From the NCBI RefSeq assembly GCF_001194135.2, contig NC_068990.1:80348453-80412452 (forward strand): DNA of 64,000 bases, given 5' to 3'. The translations under genes and the position numbers were made by a program. Positions within the stretch are counted from its first letter, which is position 1; each line of letters starts with the position of its first letter. Source of the stretch: Octopus bimaculoides. Its lineage: Eukaryota. Below are positions 41,289 through 54,940 of the stretch, piece after piece. A model generated the notes under the pieces. That model was not told where the DNA came from, did not search any database, and saw only the letters and a program-made list of their open reading frames with translations.

Positions 41289-42376
41289 TTCAACTATTAG
41301 GTTACATAGAAACAACTCCTGTTCACTCTACCATTCGACAGGTCAAATTTAGGGAATTTTAATCTAGACTACCTTTAAACATGTTCATTTAACCGTGCGG
41401 GCCTTGATTTTCGGTGCGAAAATATAGTCACATATTAACGATTGGACGTAGCGGGGAACCTAAAAAAATGTCTAAGTTTATTCCTGATCACTAAGTTTAT
41501 TACTAATGTTCGTCTATTACATTTGACAGAAAAAAATTCAGACAGCCTTGATTGTTATGGATTATCAGTAGATATGTTCACTCAACCGTGACAGTTTTAA
41601 CTTACGACACTTCTCAGCACCCTCACAACACGCCGTCATCCACACACACACACACACGCACACATTCTTCAGTAGCGTCACCACACTTACCAGTACATGA
41701 ACAGCCACACACACTGTTTAACTCAGTACACACACCACACACCGTCATGCACACTCGAACACCCACTCAAGCCCATAATACCTGAACACAGTGTATACAC
41801 ATACACACATACACACATACACACACACAACTCGCATAAACACATGCAACATACATAGAGAAAGATAACTTTCACCTTCAGGCACACTATTTGGTCACAG
41901 TGATACGCACACACATGCGCACACACCACGTGAGAATGCACATGTTATCTGCTACACACAACACACACACGTTACCCACGCACACACACACATGTTAAAC
42001 TTACATCAACCCCATTCACACATACATAGTTACACACTCACACACATCATTCTGACATATACACACACATGCCTGCACACCTCTTGTTAAGACCACTATG
42101 AATTATCTCTCCTTCATTCAGCCTCTCTTTTTTATTATCTCCCTTTCATTCAACCTCTTTTTATCCATTCATTCGCCATATTGGACCACTGAATTCAACA
42201 TGTTCTATTTCATTCTCTCTCTATTTATTTCCTTTTATTCTTTTCTGACGAAGAGCGTTGGCTCGAATCGTAAAATACTTTTCCATTTTTCCCGAGCGTG
42301 AAAATTGTACACATCCTTGCTGTTCCTACACCTGTCTTCGTCTTTGTTTTTCTATAAAATTGAACTATAAAAATTG

Positions 42377-42415
<39 letters not shown>

Positions 42416-43070
42416 CACACACACTTATATATATGTGTGTGTGTGCCTGTCTGCACACATGTACATACGTATGTGTTTATATATATATGTACACTCCTTC
42501 CCTCTTATACAAACGCACGCTCATACTCGCTCAAATACACACACTCACACACACAGAGACTCACACACACATGCACATACACACACACACACACGTACTC
42601 ATCTACTCCACACAGCAACCCACTCCAATATAATTATGTATTAAGATAGTTCACTCAATCGGAGATTGCATGTTGCACACTATTACTGTATTGCTTCCGA
42701 TATATTTATATATGTTTGCGCCCTAATGAAGCAGGATTAGGTGTTGTTAGTGAAGCAGAACATTTGTAATATTGCTCGGATTATTGATTAGTTTTGTCTA
42801 ACAGGCATGTGTCGTAAAGCTCACTCTGTAAACGGTTAAAGCCTGTTCAAGTTATGTAAAGCTGTGTCAGATCGTGTAGTTCCTCTGAGTTGTGGACATT
42901 CGTATTGGGAAAATATATTGAACAGCAGGCCAATGTAAGATCATTGTAGATGATTCAATTAATTTCTTTCAGGTTTATCACATTCAATTTGTGTATTTAT
43001 GCATGTATTTCCACCCAATATTTCTTTCTGCTACCTACTATTCTACTTCCTTCCACCAGTCTACCTATCT

Positions 43071-43075
43071 CTCTG

Positions 43076-43154
<79 letters not shown>

Positions 43155-43190
43155 GTTTGTCTGTCTATCTGTCTATCTGTCTACCTACCA

Positions 43191-43254
<64 letters not shown>

Positions 43255-43410
43255 GTTTGTCTGTCTATCTGTCTGTCTGTGTTTCTGTCTGTCCGTCCGT
43301 CTGCCCGTCCGTCTATCTGTCTGTCTATATGTCCGTCTGTCCGTCTATCTGCCTGTGTGTTTGTGTTTCTGTCTGTCTGTCTATGTATGTATGTATGTAT
43401 GTATGTATGT

Positions 43411-43468
<58 letters not shown>

Positions 43469-43478
43469 NNNNNNNNNN

Positions 43479-43550
<72 letters not shown>
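43071..43550. repeat. Complex (TATC)/(TGTC)/(TATG)/(TC)/(TA)/(TG) array
   Basis: Directly visible. Confidence 0.97.
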
Positions 43551-43551
<1 letters not shown>

Positions 43552-44310
43552 TATTTGTCTGTGCATGTCTATCTTATTAATTAATTAATTAATTCTCTTC
43601 CGTCTATTTTCTTCGGATATGATTAATATACTTTCACCCTTTTGCCTCTTCCCTGTTTTTGTTCCTAAATACTGGAATCTCTCTCTCTCTTTTTCTCTCT
43701 CTCTCTCTCAGCCATTCTATCTCACACCAAAGAAATACAATTTCTGCCCTCGGCCATTCTATGTTACTCATTTCTAACATCATAAACTGAGGGTGACATT
43801 TACAACAACCACCTCCAAAATGTTTACTTTTGTTTCCTTCTTGAATGTCTTTACTATAGCTTTCGAAAGGACAGTTCTGCTGGAGACCTACTCTCCCATG
43901 AAACGGATCACTGGGATCTCACTTCCGTGATATTTTGTGAAAGCCGTTCTTTTGCTACGAACATCAGTAAAATTTAAGCTATACCTTGCATGTAAATCTC
44001 TTGATAAAGCTCTCCGTCTTTTGTTTCTAGGACCAGTGACTTCATATCAAATTTCATAAGCGGGGTGTGGGTGACCCACATTCTATCACCACAAGTATAC
44101 CGTAAATTTAGTGCTTGTCCCTTTCTGTCTTCTCCATACACTTCCTAATACCTACTTGCCATAGTCTCCATTACACCTCCTATCGGACATATGTGGTCCT
44201 GTGGGATTTCCACTTACGGATTCTTGAAGTACTCGTGACTACTCCTCTTCTTACAAATATTGTCGTCTCTACTCATTACAGAAAATCCTGTACATGTTCT
44301 TTTTCTGTAG

Positions 44311-44340
44311 CGACCGCCTGGCAAACGATTCAGGAGGAAC
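44311..44340 (+). CDS. Candidate 30-nt symmetric exon
   Basis: Acceptor tgttctttttctgtag|, donor aac|gtcagt, all three frames open, GC-rich. Confidence 0.25.
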
Positions 44341-45344
44341 GTCAGTGACACGAAACTCACTGGTCTGAGAGATTGTCTCCAGCTCACATCTTATTGGAAC
44401 TCAATGATAGCAGCAACGAAAGATCGACAGATTAAACCGTGGGATCTGCTTGCATGACATGATTCAATGGTATACTAAGATGCAGAGCGAGAAAACTGCT
44501 TTCACAAAACAAAATTACTCGTGAGTGAGAGCCCAGTCGGGAGCATAAAATCTCAGGTAGATTCCAGGTTGGAAAATGAATATGTAATTCCCTTACCTGC
44601 TTCATTTTAATTCAGTTTTGCTATCGCTGTTTCCGTTTCCATTCACATTTAAACACATACATTTAATCGGTCAGTTGCTTGATTTAACCATTCATTTGCT
44701 CTCTACCCGACTAATTCAGGCTCACACACCTGTAAACACATAAATGCAAACATACACGCACAGAGACATGCATACACACACAAACAGACACGCACACACA
44801 TTCAGTTATTCCCGTGCATATCTATACATGCGCATTCTCTCTTGTTCCCTTTCTCTCATCAGTCCACATCATGTTTTATCATTGTTTCCACTAAACTACC
44901 ATGAATAGATATTTATTGAAAATTACATTGATCCTGCTAGTCAGGGTTATTGTCAAGACTGTGTTACCAAGGGAAGTCATATCGACGTGTCTACATTGTA
45001 AACACCCGTTATATCAATATACTCTGCACTTGCTAACCTGCTAGCAGAATCATAGGCCCTAACCCCCAGTGGGAGGTCCCAGTTGATATATCCCACACGA
45101 GGATATTTATTCTTGCATCAAGGACAATGAACATTTAAAATAATGTTGTCGACAATCCTGTCCATAGTTGAGTAAATATTAGTTCAGATTGTCTTACGTT
45201 GATGTGATAGCTGCTCTCTACAAGCCAATGTTGACTCAATGTATTATGCGTTCATTCCTTCACAATATCAGAGTTTAATTGCTAGAACATGCATTGGAAA
45301 TATTGATTTGATTCATTGATAAAATACCACAAAAAGCTTAGGAG

Positions 45345-45500
45345 AGGAGGGTGTCGTATTATACTGGACTAACCCCAGTGTATTACTGCAAGTCTTGTTA
45401 TCTAACATAAAGGGATACTTTAAGTAATTTCGATGGTGAGAATTGAACTCGAAACATAGTGGGCTAATTAAATAAAGCAAAGCATTAGTCTACTATTCTA
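45345..45500 (-). mobile_element. Old SINE remnant
   Basis: ccccagtgtattactg and gagaattgaactcgaaacat resemble the reverse-strand family body and B box. Confidence 0.45.
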
Positions 45501-47871
45501 TCATTTCTTTTGTTCCAAAATGTAACATAACATAATGATTGCTATGATTATATACGTAGTTTGGAGTTTGTAGGGAAGGGGGAACTAGAGTAAAATTGAA
45601 AATAGGAATCTGAAATATTCGTACGTTTCCTTACCTAACCTATTATCAGTAATATGAGACTATGATGGATATGAGCTGATGAACCAAAATGAATACAAGG
45701 CAAATATTACATGATCATACCATTCCTGCATCCTCACTCTTCTATAAGATGATACGATAATGATTCACCAATGGAATCTTATTCAAAACCATGTAATTCT
45801 ACCTCAATATGAATCTAAACTCAGTATTTAGATGCTCATGCAGGTATTGTAAAGTATTTAATGATAGCTCTATAACGTTGTAAAAGTTCGTTGTAACACT
45901 TCGTACTACAACATTAGGGATTTCTCTAGAGAGAACTGAAACGCAAATTTGACGTTAAGACTATGCAACAATTAAAATTATGCAAAATATCAAGTCATTT
46001 TCACAGCTCTTTGTCATCATATGTAATGTGAAGGGAATATAATATTAAATGTTATATATACATTTTCATACATATTTCCTTTTCAATGTAGGGGGAGCAT
46101 TCTGACGTACAAGGAGAAAAGAAGGCATTACATAGCGTCAGTTTGTTTCTGTGCCTTTATGTGAGTCTGTATTTGTGTGAGCACGCGTGTTTGTGTGCAT
46201 ATCTCATGAAACTGAGACATTATCGCATTCCAAAGTCATTAATATAAAATATTCGATATCATGATGACCAAATATTTACAGCAAAGCAATGGGGAACAGA
46301 ATTGCTATATGCGGTTCTATTAGCTTTTCATGTAGATGATGTAAAATTCATTAGGTATACTATATATAGAGTGTGAATGGTTACGGCGTGTTGGAATTAG
46401 CTAAAGTTTATATAAACAATAGCTGAGGAGAGAATCACAGTGGAATTGATATATTGCCCGCCCTATTTGAAACATTATTCTGAACATTATCTAGGGAATT
46501 GGCAAAATAATTTAAGCATTGATTACAATACTTCGTGGCATTTCATTCAACTCTCGGCGAGCTCGGTTCATATCACACCGAGATTAGCTTTAACTATTAT
46601 AATTTTAAAGTCGATAGAAAAGTACAATTCAGGACAGTGGATTGATAAGTGAATTTTAGAGAGGCGAGGAAGATATTTTTCTGTTTTCTTTCCGTTATCT
46701 GGCTTCTGAGAGCGACGGTTGCCACGACAATAATGCGAAGCTGTTTTAGTTCAACTCGTTGGCTTTTGTCCTTGGGATAAAATCGCTTAGAGGTGGTGAT
46801 TTGCATGCATGAACAATGTTAGATTGCCTCAAAAATCTCACCTGGGCCTACGCCTACTTGAGTAGATGCATTGTCTACCTTGATCGACAGAGGTACAAGT
46901 ACATTTCGAACACAACAACCTAATCCTCTCGGTCTGAGGATTTCGGTTTCATTTACATTTCCTCTTTAATTCAAGATTCCTTCTTCTTATGTCGGTCCAT
47001 CTTGTACATTACTCTTCTGTTGCTCTGACAGCCTACCTTCGTCACCATCCACCACACATTTCTCTCAAATCATATCTTCAATTTAAATATTTCTATCTAC
47101 ACTGCCTTGCAAGATACGGAATTAATTGCAATTTTTTTTCTGTTGAGTTTCAGACGAAAGACTAGACACTGAAACGAAAAGTCTTCCTTCGTCACAATAT
47201 TTAAAGCAATCAGACTTTTGCAGTGACTATCATATGGAGTAACTACTGACCACGCAAACCATCACTAGTATCTTATATTCCGATTTTAATGTTGTTGTTA
47301 TTGTTGTTGTTGCTGCTGTTGTTGTCATCGGTTAGTGTAGTTTTTGTTTTAAATCATAATCGTGGACGTTCGACCCGTGATCATTACGAGTTTTTTTCCC
47401 AGATTTACAGGTACCATTATCCAATGAATCCATTTTCCAAATACGGATCGGTTGGATTTTGTGGAGATCTAATTGTTATTACTAGTCAGCTCATCCATCA
47501 CATAGCTGTATCCTCAATATCCCTTAAAACTGGATGTTGTTGCTATTTACTTCGGAAGCTAACCTAATTACGTTGTCTCATGATCAATAGTGTTCCTTCC
47601 TGTTTTACTATCAGACATAACATATCTAAAAGTACATGATGACTTAGTCTTTCATTCATATTTTTAGACTATAGTGCATAATGTACAAGCAGGTCCAACG
47701 AGTACGTACTATTTAGTCTGCAAAGCTGTTTGTCACAGATGTTATTCAGATATGAACAGGGATAAAAATATGATATCTGAAGCTCACACTGCTATTCCTG
47801 TTTGTACAAATCTATGTTCAGAGTTACTTTTATGTGAATATAATAATAATGATAATAATAATAATAATAAT

Positions 47872-48370
47872 ATTTTCATTGTGCAGAATCATATTGTGAA
47901 GACTGGTCTTCTGATTCATGTTGCAGCCTCAGTCGACAAAAATACTGAGCCAATATTTTAAAAACTGAGCAAATATTTTAAAAACTGAGCAAATATTTTA
48001 AAAACTGAGCAAATATATATAAAAGAACTAGAGATTAAAATCAGAAGAATGTGGCATCTCCTAACATCATTATCTATTATTAATGGGGCAATTGGAATAA
48101 CGTCAAGAGAAGCAAACAAGTACGGAGACCAAATCCCTAGCAGCCCCAAAATAAGGGAATTACACAAGATCATACTCATGTGTACTTCACATAGTCTACG
48201 GAAATTCGTCTGCATGCGCATGCGCCCTTATTTACTCAGTAGGTTTTCTCCCAGATACATCAGTGTTGTCAATTGCATGGCAATTTTCTTCTTAGAATCA
48301 GATGCAAAATCTTGTTCTCACTTGACGTGTCTCATGGAGACTTGAGTGCAACTCGTATAAATTAAAGTAA
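47872..48370 (+). mobile_element. 3' fragment of an R4/Dong-like REL LINE
   Basis: KTGLLIHVAASVDKN, KLSKY, KELEIKIRRMWHL..IINGAIG..IPSSPKIRELHKIILMCTSHSLRK follow the REL C-terminal pattern (LLIDxxVPxD..KLSKYKDL..W..IGALG..QKxxLxGTAHILRK). Flanked by AAT-rich repeats. Confidence 0.8.
47941..48017 (+). repeat. 20-bp minisatellite aaaactgagcaaatatttta, about 4 copies
   Basis: Directly visible; lies within the LINE coding relic. Confidence 0.97.
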
Positions 48371-48435
48371 AACCAAAACAACAAAAACAACAAAAACAAC
48401 AACAATAACAATAATAAGAATGATAATATTGATAT

Positions 48436-48467
<32 letters not shown>

Positions 48468-48490
48468 ATAATAATAATAATAATAATAAT

Positions 48491-49045
48491 AAATGACCTG
48501 ATGCTGTACCAGACAGTGGTTCTCATGGCTTCTGATCTTAACTGATTGGAAGTGTTATCATGTACATTATTTTGTTTTGGTACAAAAAAATGGGCTACAG
48601 CAAATATTCTGTTCAATACCACAGATTTGCTTTTCAGTTGCTTGACCTTAACCCGTTGAGCATGTCCCTTGGTGGCTGACGATATGTGCATCTCTGATCA
48701 CAAGCAGAAACAGTTGGGTTGCATCATAGCCATATGCTGAGAGAAATGCTTTGGAATTTGAAAATTCACCTCTGGAAACTGGATGTTTCGTTCAACATCC
48801 TTAAACGACCCTTATTCCAGGACCATTTGACTGGGACGAGCTACTAAACCTGAATAGTATTCCAACTCGGCCCCATCTGAAACGTCATGTACTGTTTATC
48901 TTGATATGCGATCACCATGTCGCGCACTTATGATTGTTTTGCATGTGCCTGGTGTACCCTTATCAGACAGGTACTCATGATGGATATACTGGGTTTCGTA
49001 TATTTTACCCCAGTTTCACTTTGATAGTATGCATTGCTCTCGCTC
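48491..49045 (+). mobile_element. About 550-bp non-coding interspersed element bounded by (AAT)n on both sides
   Basis: Sharp AAT boundaries at 48490 and 49046. Internal sequence (gcatgtgcctggtgtacccttatcagac...attttaccccagt) resembles an abundant Octopus repeat from memory. Orientation is inferred. Confidence 0.6.
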
Positions 49046-49098
<53 letters not shown>

Positions 49099-50064
49099 TA
49101 ATAATTACTCTAACAGTGTTAACGTATTATAGCGTGGCTTCAAGAGTTATCGTCATTCCATTTGCTTGGAGAGATAAGTAGAGAAAAACCGATAAATGTT
49201 GGAGAAAGAAATATATATGCAGCGCATCCAGCCAGTATTGTATTAAATAATGGAACGAAAGTAGTTTCGTCTGTGTAGTGTTTGACAGAAGAGAGTGTGA
49301 GTGGGGAGTGAATGTCGTTAATGCACCGAAATAATTAGTTTTCTTAGAGAAATGAGGAAGAGAGAATGTGAGTGGAGTATATAGTAGTGAGATGACTAGA
49401 GCGTTTTGCATATGTATCAGAGGGAGAGTAGATGTGTGAATTAGAGGATAAACTAATGAAAATTTTACGATGTAAATAATGTACCGAAGCTATATGGAAG
49501 CATTTCCACCGTGACCACCCCGACATTTTTTTAATATATGATGCGCTGTATTGATAAGTTTGTCTCCATTGCATGGATGTTGTGATAATTTGATGCATGT
49601 TTTTTGTATTGTTTTAGAAGACCGACCCAACGCTTAGAGGCTTCCTTGGTAGTTTGTAAAATTGTATGTTTTCTCTTTATGCGTCAAATGATTTAGAAAA
49701 AATTATGTCTGTAGGGAAAATTATATTTCCCTATCTTCTCCGATCTGATATAATTTAGAATATTCGTCCTTGACTCACCGCGACCCTCTATTTTTTTCTT
49801 TCTAATCAATTTGATGGCCTTCAAGTGTAATATTTCAACGTAATCGGTGTGATGACCTACAATGGTTATTTCGATATGTCTGATTGTTATCGCAAATGTT
49901 ATGCATTCTACGGAAGAAAAAAAAATCAATAATGTAATACCAGATATTTATCAATAACTATGGACAGCGATAATATTACAGTCGTTAATAATATTACATT
50001 TCACGCGGATGGTGTGTTGGGTGGTATTATTACTAAAGAGGCAGACGTAAAACATTGAACTCAC

Positions 50065-50189
50065 CAGGTAATGCTTATTTTCATGCTGAGTTCATATCTT
50101 ACTGGAATCGTCTTTGGGTTTCTTTCCTCTTCAGGAGTTGAATTAAAGATAAATACTGGGTCAATGCAGCATTTGAAACCGTGGGACAA
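50065..50189 (-). CDS. Candidate minus-strand exon: LSHGFKCCIDPVFIFNSTPEEERNPKTIPVRYELSMKISIT
   Basis: Donor ctg|gtgagt, modest acceptor gatttctgaag|, frame open between them. Confidence 0.2.
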
Positions 50190-51694
50190 CTTCAGAAATC
50201 ATTAGTATATTTCATGCAGAAGGTGATAGCGTTAGGGAAAAAATGGTGAACGAAATGCAAAGAATTTGCTGACGCCATTTTCATTTTGAGTTGAAATTCC
50301 ACTCCTTGTAATATCATATATCTGCACTTTTAAAATTGATAAAATAGGAAAAAGTACTAGGGTTGATTTAAACCACTATAAACTCGCCGCCAAGCGCGTT
50401 ACTGTTAGCTATTTATATCAATATAAGCGATGAGTATCAATAGATAGCCGGACTAAATGGATTGCAATATTTAGTTCGTCTCGTTAGATACGAGTTAAAA
50501 TCCGTCAGGATCAAATTTGTTTTCCACTCATGTACTGAGATTTTGCTAATCAAAACTGTTTTGTAAAACCGATAACCTTTACAAACATTTAGAGTAGTAG
50601 GTGGTAGAATAAGTAAATCGCCAGACAAGAACGTTGCGCTATTTAGTTAGGTCAGTTACTTTCTGAGATTCACACGGAAATATCAAATGTCGATTTTGCC
50701 TTTAATATTTCCCTTGTTTTTCTTGCTATGTTAACTATGAATAACATTCTTTCACGACAGAATAGGAAAAGCGGCCAACAAAATAACCATTAGTTATAAA
50801 ATTATATTTTTTTGCATGCAGATCTTGAATCTCCACTAGATGATCATTACCTTTCATCCTTGATGGGTTGATCAAATTATATTAGTGAAATACTGGGATT
50901 AATATTACCCATAAAGCACTTCTTCCGAAGTGTCAGACCTTATATCTAATTTAGATGTACATATTATAACATCTGTCAGAACCGTGGCTGGCTGAATCAT
51001 TATAATCTACCGACAACGAAATGCAAAGCATATCTGGTGTATTTTTCAACATGACCCTACAGCAGCCTCTAAAGCTCATGAAAGAAACATCGTTTCATTC
51101 CTCATCTAGTTAGAATTGTTGTGTTGTTCCTGTATTAAAAGAATATTTCATTACGTAACACACATCCAAGATACAATACAGCTGTCAATTTCACGTGACA
51201 AAAATATTCAATGAGTGAGTAAAGCCTTATTAAGGAATGAAAATCTTTGTTCCTAACGAAGTACCTACATTTGGTCTAGACACTTAAATATCTTGAGCAC
51301 TTGACATTATCTCAAGATATTTGAAATGCCTTTGTCAGATATAAATGAAAACCCCCATTGAATCTCTATAGAATAACGCTGGCATTAGTGTTTAATTTGT
51401 GATGCAGCAGATATTTTGCTTGCTTCAGATCTTCTTGTGAGCTGCATTGCACCGAAATGAAGTAAAATAGTTGATCAGAGATGACACGTCGACCGTTTTG
51501 CCTGTCGATTAACATAAAACTTGGTTGAGAATATCCACACTCACAGATAATTGACTTGCGCTGAAGCTAAATACACATATATTATGAATCTATACTGGCA
51601 TACGCACGCACACTTGCCTATAAATTGCGTGTGAACGTGGGTGTGTGTATGTATATGTTTCTATGTGCTTGTCTGCATACGTATATATATTTGC

Positions 51695-51699
<5 letters not shown>

Positions 51700-51779
<80 letters not shown>

Positions 51780-51785
51780 TGTGTG
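51700..51785. repeat. (TA)n(TG)n microsatellite (similar at 63150-63230)
   Basis: Directly visible. Confidence 0.95.
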
Positions 51786-54770
51786 CATGTATGTCTGTGC
51801 CTGTGTATGCTTACATGCAAGCATGTATATATATTCGATCTTTCCTGTGCGTGCACTTCTTGGGATTAGATGTATAGATCTCATATATAATAAAAGTTAT
51901 GCAGCAGTGAGTTTGTTACAGCGGAAATTAATAGAGAGACGCTGCCCTTCCGACGTAGTTTTAATGTCGGCAACAATATAAGTGATACTAAACTGCAGAA
52001 AAGCAATTTTATAACTGTGCTTAACCCTCTCAAATCCTCGCCAGTTTGTGATGTGTGATGTTTCTAATGGAACAATACACTGGAAAATCTTGACCTACGT
52101 TTACAAGTTTGTATGTACTTATCTGCACATGCGTATATGTGTGCATATACGTTTCAATTCATGTTCTTTCGTGTGTGAATTTGTTTCCATTCAAATATGT
52201 GTGCCTATACAATGTGTATATATATATATGTATATATANNNNNNNNNNNNNNNNNNNNNNNNNNNNNNNNNNNNNNNNNNNNNNNNNNNNNNNNNNNNNN
52301 NNNNNNNNNNNNNNNNNNNNNNNNNNNNNNNNNNNNNNNNNNNNNNNNNNNNNNNNNNNNNNNNNNNNNNNNNNNNNNNNNNNNNNNNNNNNNNNNNNNN
52401 NNNNNNNNNNNNNNNNNNNNNNNNNNNNNNNNNNNNNNNNNNNTATTCATATTTATATGTACATATGCCTGAATGAATATGTCAATTTATGTATATGCAT
52501 TATGTATATTATATGTCGATCACCATTTACACATATATACAATTACTTCTTGTTTGCTTTTAAATACACATAGACGGTAAAAAATCGCACACATTGTTGA
52601 AGTGTGGCAGAGCTGAATAGAAAAACAGCGATGCCTCGAAGGTGGGTATCACAAGTAATTAAGAGATATTATTATCATGATTAGACCATAGCCAGTCATA
52701 TTCCGTGACTAAAATATATCATGCATGTACTTTGATTGTTAATCTTTGATTCTTTCACTCATGTGAACTATATTACTGGGACCGTAGAGGAACTTGAATT
52801 TTAGGAGTTCAAATTGACAGCAGTACTTGATAATACTTATTCTAGAGATTGGTATTTGTTGAAGCCAAATAAATATTTAAGGAAATATACACGGACACAC
52901 AAGCTCGCACATACGCACTCACTCATGTGTTTGAGATGAAATATAACCTTCGGGTTTCAAATCATCGATCTTCGGAGAGTGTTTGAGGATGAAGCAGGCA
53001 AACATTAATGTGAATATTCAACATACAAAACACCCACCCACAAACGCTTTTGATTGGTGTTGGGTGCAAGAATAAAAACAAAATATTTTATTTTGTAGTG
53101 CCAATAGGTTAAAGGTATGCGGTTACGATACTCAAAAAAGGCACTCATAAAATATTTTGAGAACTTTAAAATATTGACGAGCCTAAGACATAGATATAAT
53201 GTATAGTAAATCAATAAGGAAAAGAGAGAAAATAAGAAAGTGAAAAATAGGCAGAGAAGCTATATCGTTCAATGCTGACGTACTCGGAATTATATTCACA
53301 CATAAATTTATAAAAAATGGCAACAGTTTGTAACGTGAGAAAGAGAGAGAGAGAGATAGAGAGAGAAAGAGGGTGAGAAAGAGAAAGAGAGTGAGATAGA
53401 GAGATAGGCAAAGGGAGAATGTGTGTGTGCGTGTGTGTGATTGTAAGGTAGTGGAAACATGTGAGAGGGTAAAAAATAAAGTAGTGGAAGTAACATCGCA
53501 TTGAAATTAAAAATTCTATATTGGAAGTGTCATTTTATAGCAACATAGCATACATTTTTCTCTGTACAAACACATGCAGACAAAATCCAGTCCTGCAATC
53601 AAGCAGTAATTATCTGGAAAAATTATTCGTGTATTTCCTGGAGGTCGGGGTGGGCAAGTGAGAGAAGCGTTAGCTTGTCAAGGAGGCACTTCACATATTA
53701 AAGCACACTCCAGCACTGCTAAATAGACATAATGAGGCACTAAGCACATGCAACCACTGATTTTTTCACACATTCAAATTCTACAACAAATCCAAATGCC
53801 TAAACGACCATACAGTATATTTCCACAATACCACTTAGGTAATCCCAATAACCTTATAAATCTACATTTTAACTCTTAATCCCTATCTAATTCCTCTCTC
53901 ATACTCGAATATCGCAATCACCCAATTATAGTCGTGTGTATATCCGTGCATGCATATGTGCATGTATATGTATGTGTGCGTATGCGTGTATGTATGTATG
54001 TATGTATGTGTATGCGTGAATGTATGTATGCAAGGTAAATATACCTGCGTGTACAGCAGCGATAATACATACAGATATACGTATATATGGGTGTGCATGT
54101 GTACATGTACATATGACTACGAGTTGCATATGTAGATGTTGATATGTATAAACATCTCTATAAATATATACATACATGTCTAATATATACATATGTATAC
54201 ATCCTCACATATATATTTTATTCTACTACTAAGCACTGACCTGTCCAACCATCTAATCTATATTCCAAAATTCTTCATTCCATACTATGACCCCTCTCTC
54301 TGCCTAATCACTTAGACTCTATCACTACATAACTGACACTCCTTTACCTTTTACATTATTATACCTCTCTCTCTCTATCACCCCTCATTCCTTCTATCCT
54401 TTTACACTCTAATACCTTTCTCGCTCTATCACCCTCATCTCCCCATTCCTACTTTCAAATTATCTTGACTGACCACTAACTGGCACACTTTCCCTTATTA
54501 TCTATTTACTTGTTTTTCTTTCTTTTGTCACTCTGCAGTGACCACATCATACATTCAACTCTATGGTCTTTATTTGTTCGACGAGAGCTGTGTGAAGAAT
54601 TATTAATTTTATTATTATGAGTATAACTCCTTATCCATTAACTAGCAGCATTTGCTTTACTTTCTCGAATCTTCTGAATGCCTTATTATATGTCGAACGT
54701 GTAAATCATTCACTTCGATCTACATAATAATATATAGCATCAATGGTCAATGAAGTTAATTGTTCTGACG

Positions 54771-54940
54771 TAAATTAATTGCTGTTACTCTAGCTGAAAT
54801 TTCAATTATTTATCTTTTGAATGTCAGCTGAAATTATTTTGAGTGTAAATACAACTAGAATTCTTAACATATCGTATTTGAATATAATCTCCACATTTCT
54901 GTCACTTCCTTTCTTTATCTTCTCTTCTCTTGTCCTGTAT
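54771..54940 (+). repeat. Copy 1 of a local duplication of about 170 bp (copy 2 at 56600-56767)
   Basis: Shared blocks taaattaattgctgttactctag, ttttgaatgtca, taaatacaact, gaattcttaaca, gtatttgaatat, atctccacatttctg, ttctttatcttctcttctctt. Confidence 0.93.

Noticed and set aside
42850-42940. LCKAV...PLSCGHSYW resembling a RING finger
   Set aside because: Several required Cys ligands are missing, the spacing is too short and a stop follows.
43860-44310. Long minus-strand frame with few stops, possible pseudogene
   Set aside because: About three stops in 140 codons is not far from random, and no domain is recognisable.
47941-48017. Regular 20-bp repeats considered as CRISPR-like
   Set aside because: Direct tandem copies with no spacers, no cas genes, eukaryotic context.
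48205-48225. NRF1-like tgcgcatgcgcc motif
   Set aside because: It lies at the end of a LINE coding relic with no promoter context.
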